Source: an uncultured Candidatus Saccharibacteria bacterium (GTDB lineage: Bacteria > Patescibacteriota > Minisyncoccia > Portnoybacterales > UBA2143). From it: a DNA stretch of 64,000 bases. The position numbers and the translations under genes are program-made. Location: assembly GCA_964517275.1 (NCBI GenBank), contig CAZFBL010000001.1, positions 14,144 through 78,143 on the forward strand, given 5' to 3'. Of the stretch, positions 62,502-64,000 are shown in pieces. Positions within the stretch are counted from its first letter, which is position 1. Every line of letters begins with the position of its first letter. Under the pieces are notes generated by a model. It worked only from the letters and a program-made list of their open reading frames with translations. It was not told where the DNA came from and did not search any database.

Positions 62502-64000
62502 TTATTTCTTCAGCGCTTCTCGCGACTTTTCTAATTCTTCTTCGCTTATTTTCCGGCCGCCGGCGCCGGCCGGGCTGGCTGTTTTGATGAATGGTTCGCC
62601 CTCTGGCGCGTATAAGCTTCTACCCAAGTCAGTTCCTAGATAATCTTGGACAGGCCGTGGAAAGCTTTCAATATTTTCCTTGGTCATTATTTTCTGGATT
62701 CTGCTTCTTAAACCCGGGTCAGGTCCCATCTGTCCCAAATGCGCGCTAGTCCAATGACCATCTCTAAAGGCCTTAACAATAGCTTCCTGGATTTTATCTA
62801 TTTCTTCAGGCACTATTTTCTTGGCTTGTTCAGGCTTAATTTTGTTAACTACTTCCTGGACGTCTCTGTTTACTTCTCCGGCTAAACTAGGCATGGCTTT
62901 AACTAATTTTGATTCCTGGCCGTAGCGCTGGGCTAATTTTAGTCCTTTTTTGCGCTGCTCCGGTTTCTTAAGCATATCCAAATCGTCGTTTTCATGAAGC
63001 TGAAGCATTCTGGCTACTTTTCCTTCAGCCGGCGCTCGGTCGAAAGTATCAACCAAATTTTTGCTGGCCCAGCCCTTGATAGATTCTTTTTCCTGCTGAA
63101 CCATGGCCCGGTTTTGCTCTAAGCCGCGGAAAGCCGGAATAGCTAATTTGCCGGCTATTTTAATTTTGGCTATCTGACTTAGTCCTCTCTGGATTAGGCC
63201 GCCCTCCAGCTTTCCGCTAGGCGTCTTTTTGGGCGGCGGAGCCATTTTGGCTAGGGTTCGTCTACTGACTTGGCCCGGCCACTTGGCTGCTCTGGCACTG
63301 ACTCCTTTAACTACACCCATAGCTCCTTGGGCGCCGTAAACACCCATTTTCTGAGCGACGATTAATCCGCCAAAAAGCAGGCCAATAATGCAAATAAACT
63401 GAAGAAATAAAGAGGGTACTGATAATAAGACAAAAGCGCTGGTTTCCGTAAAGCCGGAGGCATTAATAATATTTTCAGTTTGATTTCTAATCAACGAAGT
63501 AAAAGCGCCGCCTTCAGCCGCTTTAACAGCTAAGTAAACAAAAAAGAAATAAATAGGAGCAAAAAAGACCCATTTTAGAAAAGTATTCCACCATTGGCGA
63601 AAAAGATGGGCGGTATGAGGCAGAATAAACATTAGCCAGGCAATTGGAGCTAAAATAAGCAGTATCCAAAGGATAATTAAACGGACGATTAGGAAAAAAG
63701 CGCCTACCCCTAAGGCGAAAGTGGCGCAAAGAATAAGAATTATACCCAAAAAGAGAGAAGATACGACCATTAAGACGCCGCCGGCTCCGGCCCCTAATGC
63801 ATCGCCAAAGCCGGATTCCTTGTTTATTTCATAGACACTTTGGATGTTCAGGGCCTTAGCCAGTTGGGCACTTACTCCGGTCGTGCTGCCTATTTGGTCA
63901 TAAAAGAAATAGGTCAAGACCTGGGAAAAATCAATAATCAGACCGGCCAAGACCAAACTAAAATTAATTAAGAGAGCGGCGATAACTAATTTAGGCAAGA
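62502..64000 (-). CDS. Polytopic membrane protein with large C-terminal soluble domain; VirB6/TrbL-like candidate (N-terminus may lie beyond the window)
   Basis: About 6 TM helices in the first ~230 aa, then a hydrophilic charged region. Positioned with the VirB3/VirB4 homologues. Confidence 0.4.
   Translation of the reverse strand, partial: LPKLVIAALLINFSLVLAGLIIDFSQVLTYFFYDQIGSTTGVSAQLAKALNIQSVYEINKESGFGDALGAGAGGVLMVVSSLFLGIILILCATFALGVGAFFLIVRLIILWILLILAPIAWLMFILPHTAHLFRQWWNTFLKWVFFAPIYFFFVYLAVKAAEGGAFTSLIRNQTENIINASGFTETSAFVLLSVPSLFLQFICIIGLLFGGLIVAQKMGVYGAQGAMGVVKGVSARAAKWPGQVSRRTLAKMAPPPKKTPSGKLEGGLIQRGLSQIAKIKIAGKLAIPAFRGLEQNRAMVQQEKESIKGWASKNLVDTFDRAPAEGKVARMLQLHENDDLDMLKKPEQRKKGLKLAQRYGQESKLVKAMPSLAGEVNRDVQEVVNKIKPEQAKKIVPEEIDKIQEAIVKAFRDGHWTSAHLGQMGPDPGLRSRIQKIMTKENIESFPRPVQDYLGTDLGRSLYAPEGEPFIKTASPAGAGGRKISEEELEKSREALKK

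Noticed and set aside
1-64000. Search for integrase, transposase, phage structural genes and toxin-antitoxin pairs
   Set aside because: None recognised in any frame. The T4SS-like block lacks a visible relaxase or integrase within the window, so it was not called an ICE.

Overview
This looks like a compact, low-GC chromosomal segment from a Patescibacteria/CPR-like bacterium, but that lineage call is inference. It rests on tightly packed or overlapping genes, many shortened housekeeping proteins, lamin-tail-domain surface proteins, Wzy_C paralogues and a Gram-positive-type T4SS module. The window contains the replication origin region: dnaN and dnaA on the minus strand, rpmH-rnpA-yidC-jag on the plus strand, DnaA-box-like motifs and an AT-rich repeat tract. 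Six aminoacyl-tRNA synthetases are present (leuS, metG, glyQS, ileS, argS, tyrS), together with parAB, ruvB/ruvC/yebC, recO, holA, a smpB-tmRNA-infC-rpmI-rplT block, tRNA-Leu(CAA), tsaC/tsaE, rsmI, uppP, tatD and a class A PBP. The accessory content worth a second look is listed below.
- A four-gene cluster at 38584..42411: a polytopic membrane protein, an ATP-grasp ligase fused to a retropepsin-like peptidase, and two more ATP-grasp ligases.
- A histidine-phosphatase (PGAM-like) domain inserted in-frame inside IleRS.
- A signalling operon: two tandem V4R-like paralogues, a PAS histidine kinase, two CheY-like receivers and a DUF3048 protein.
- A T4SS-like module: VirB6-like, PrgI/VirB3-like, a VirB4 split into two ORFs, and a Cys-rich VirB2-like protein.
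- Several inverted-repeat-flanked intergenic elements; one occurs twice with a compensatory stem substitution.
- Loss of the second histidine of the HIGH motif in four of the five class I synthetases.

No CRISPR array, integrase or transposase was recognised.
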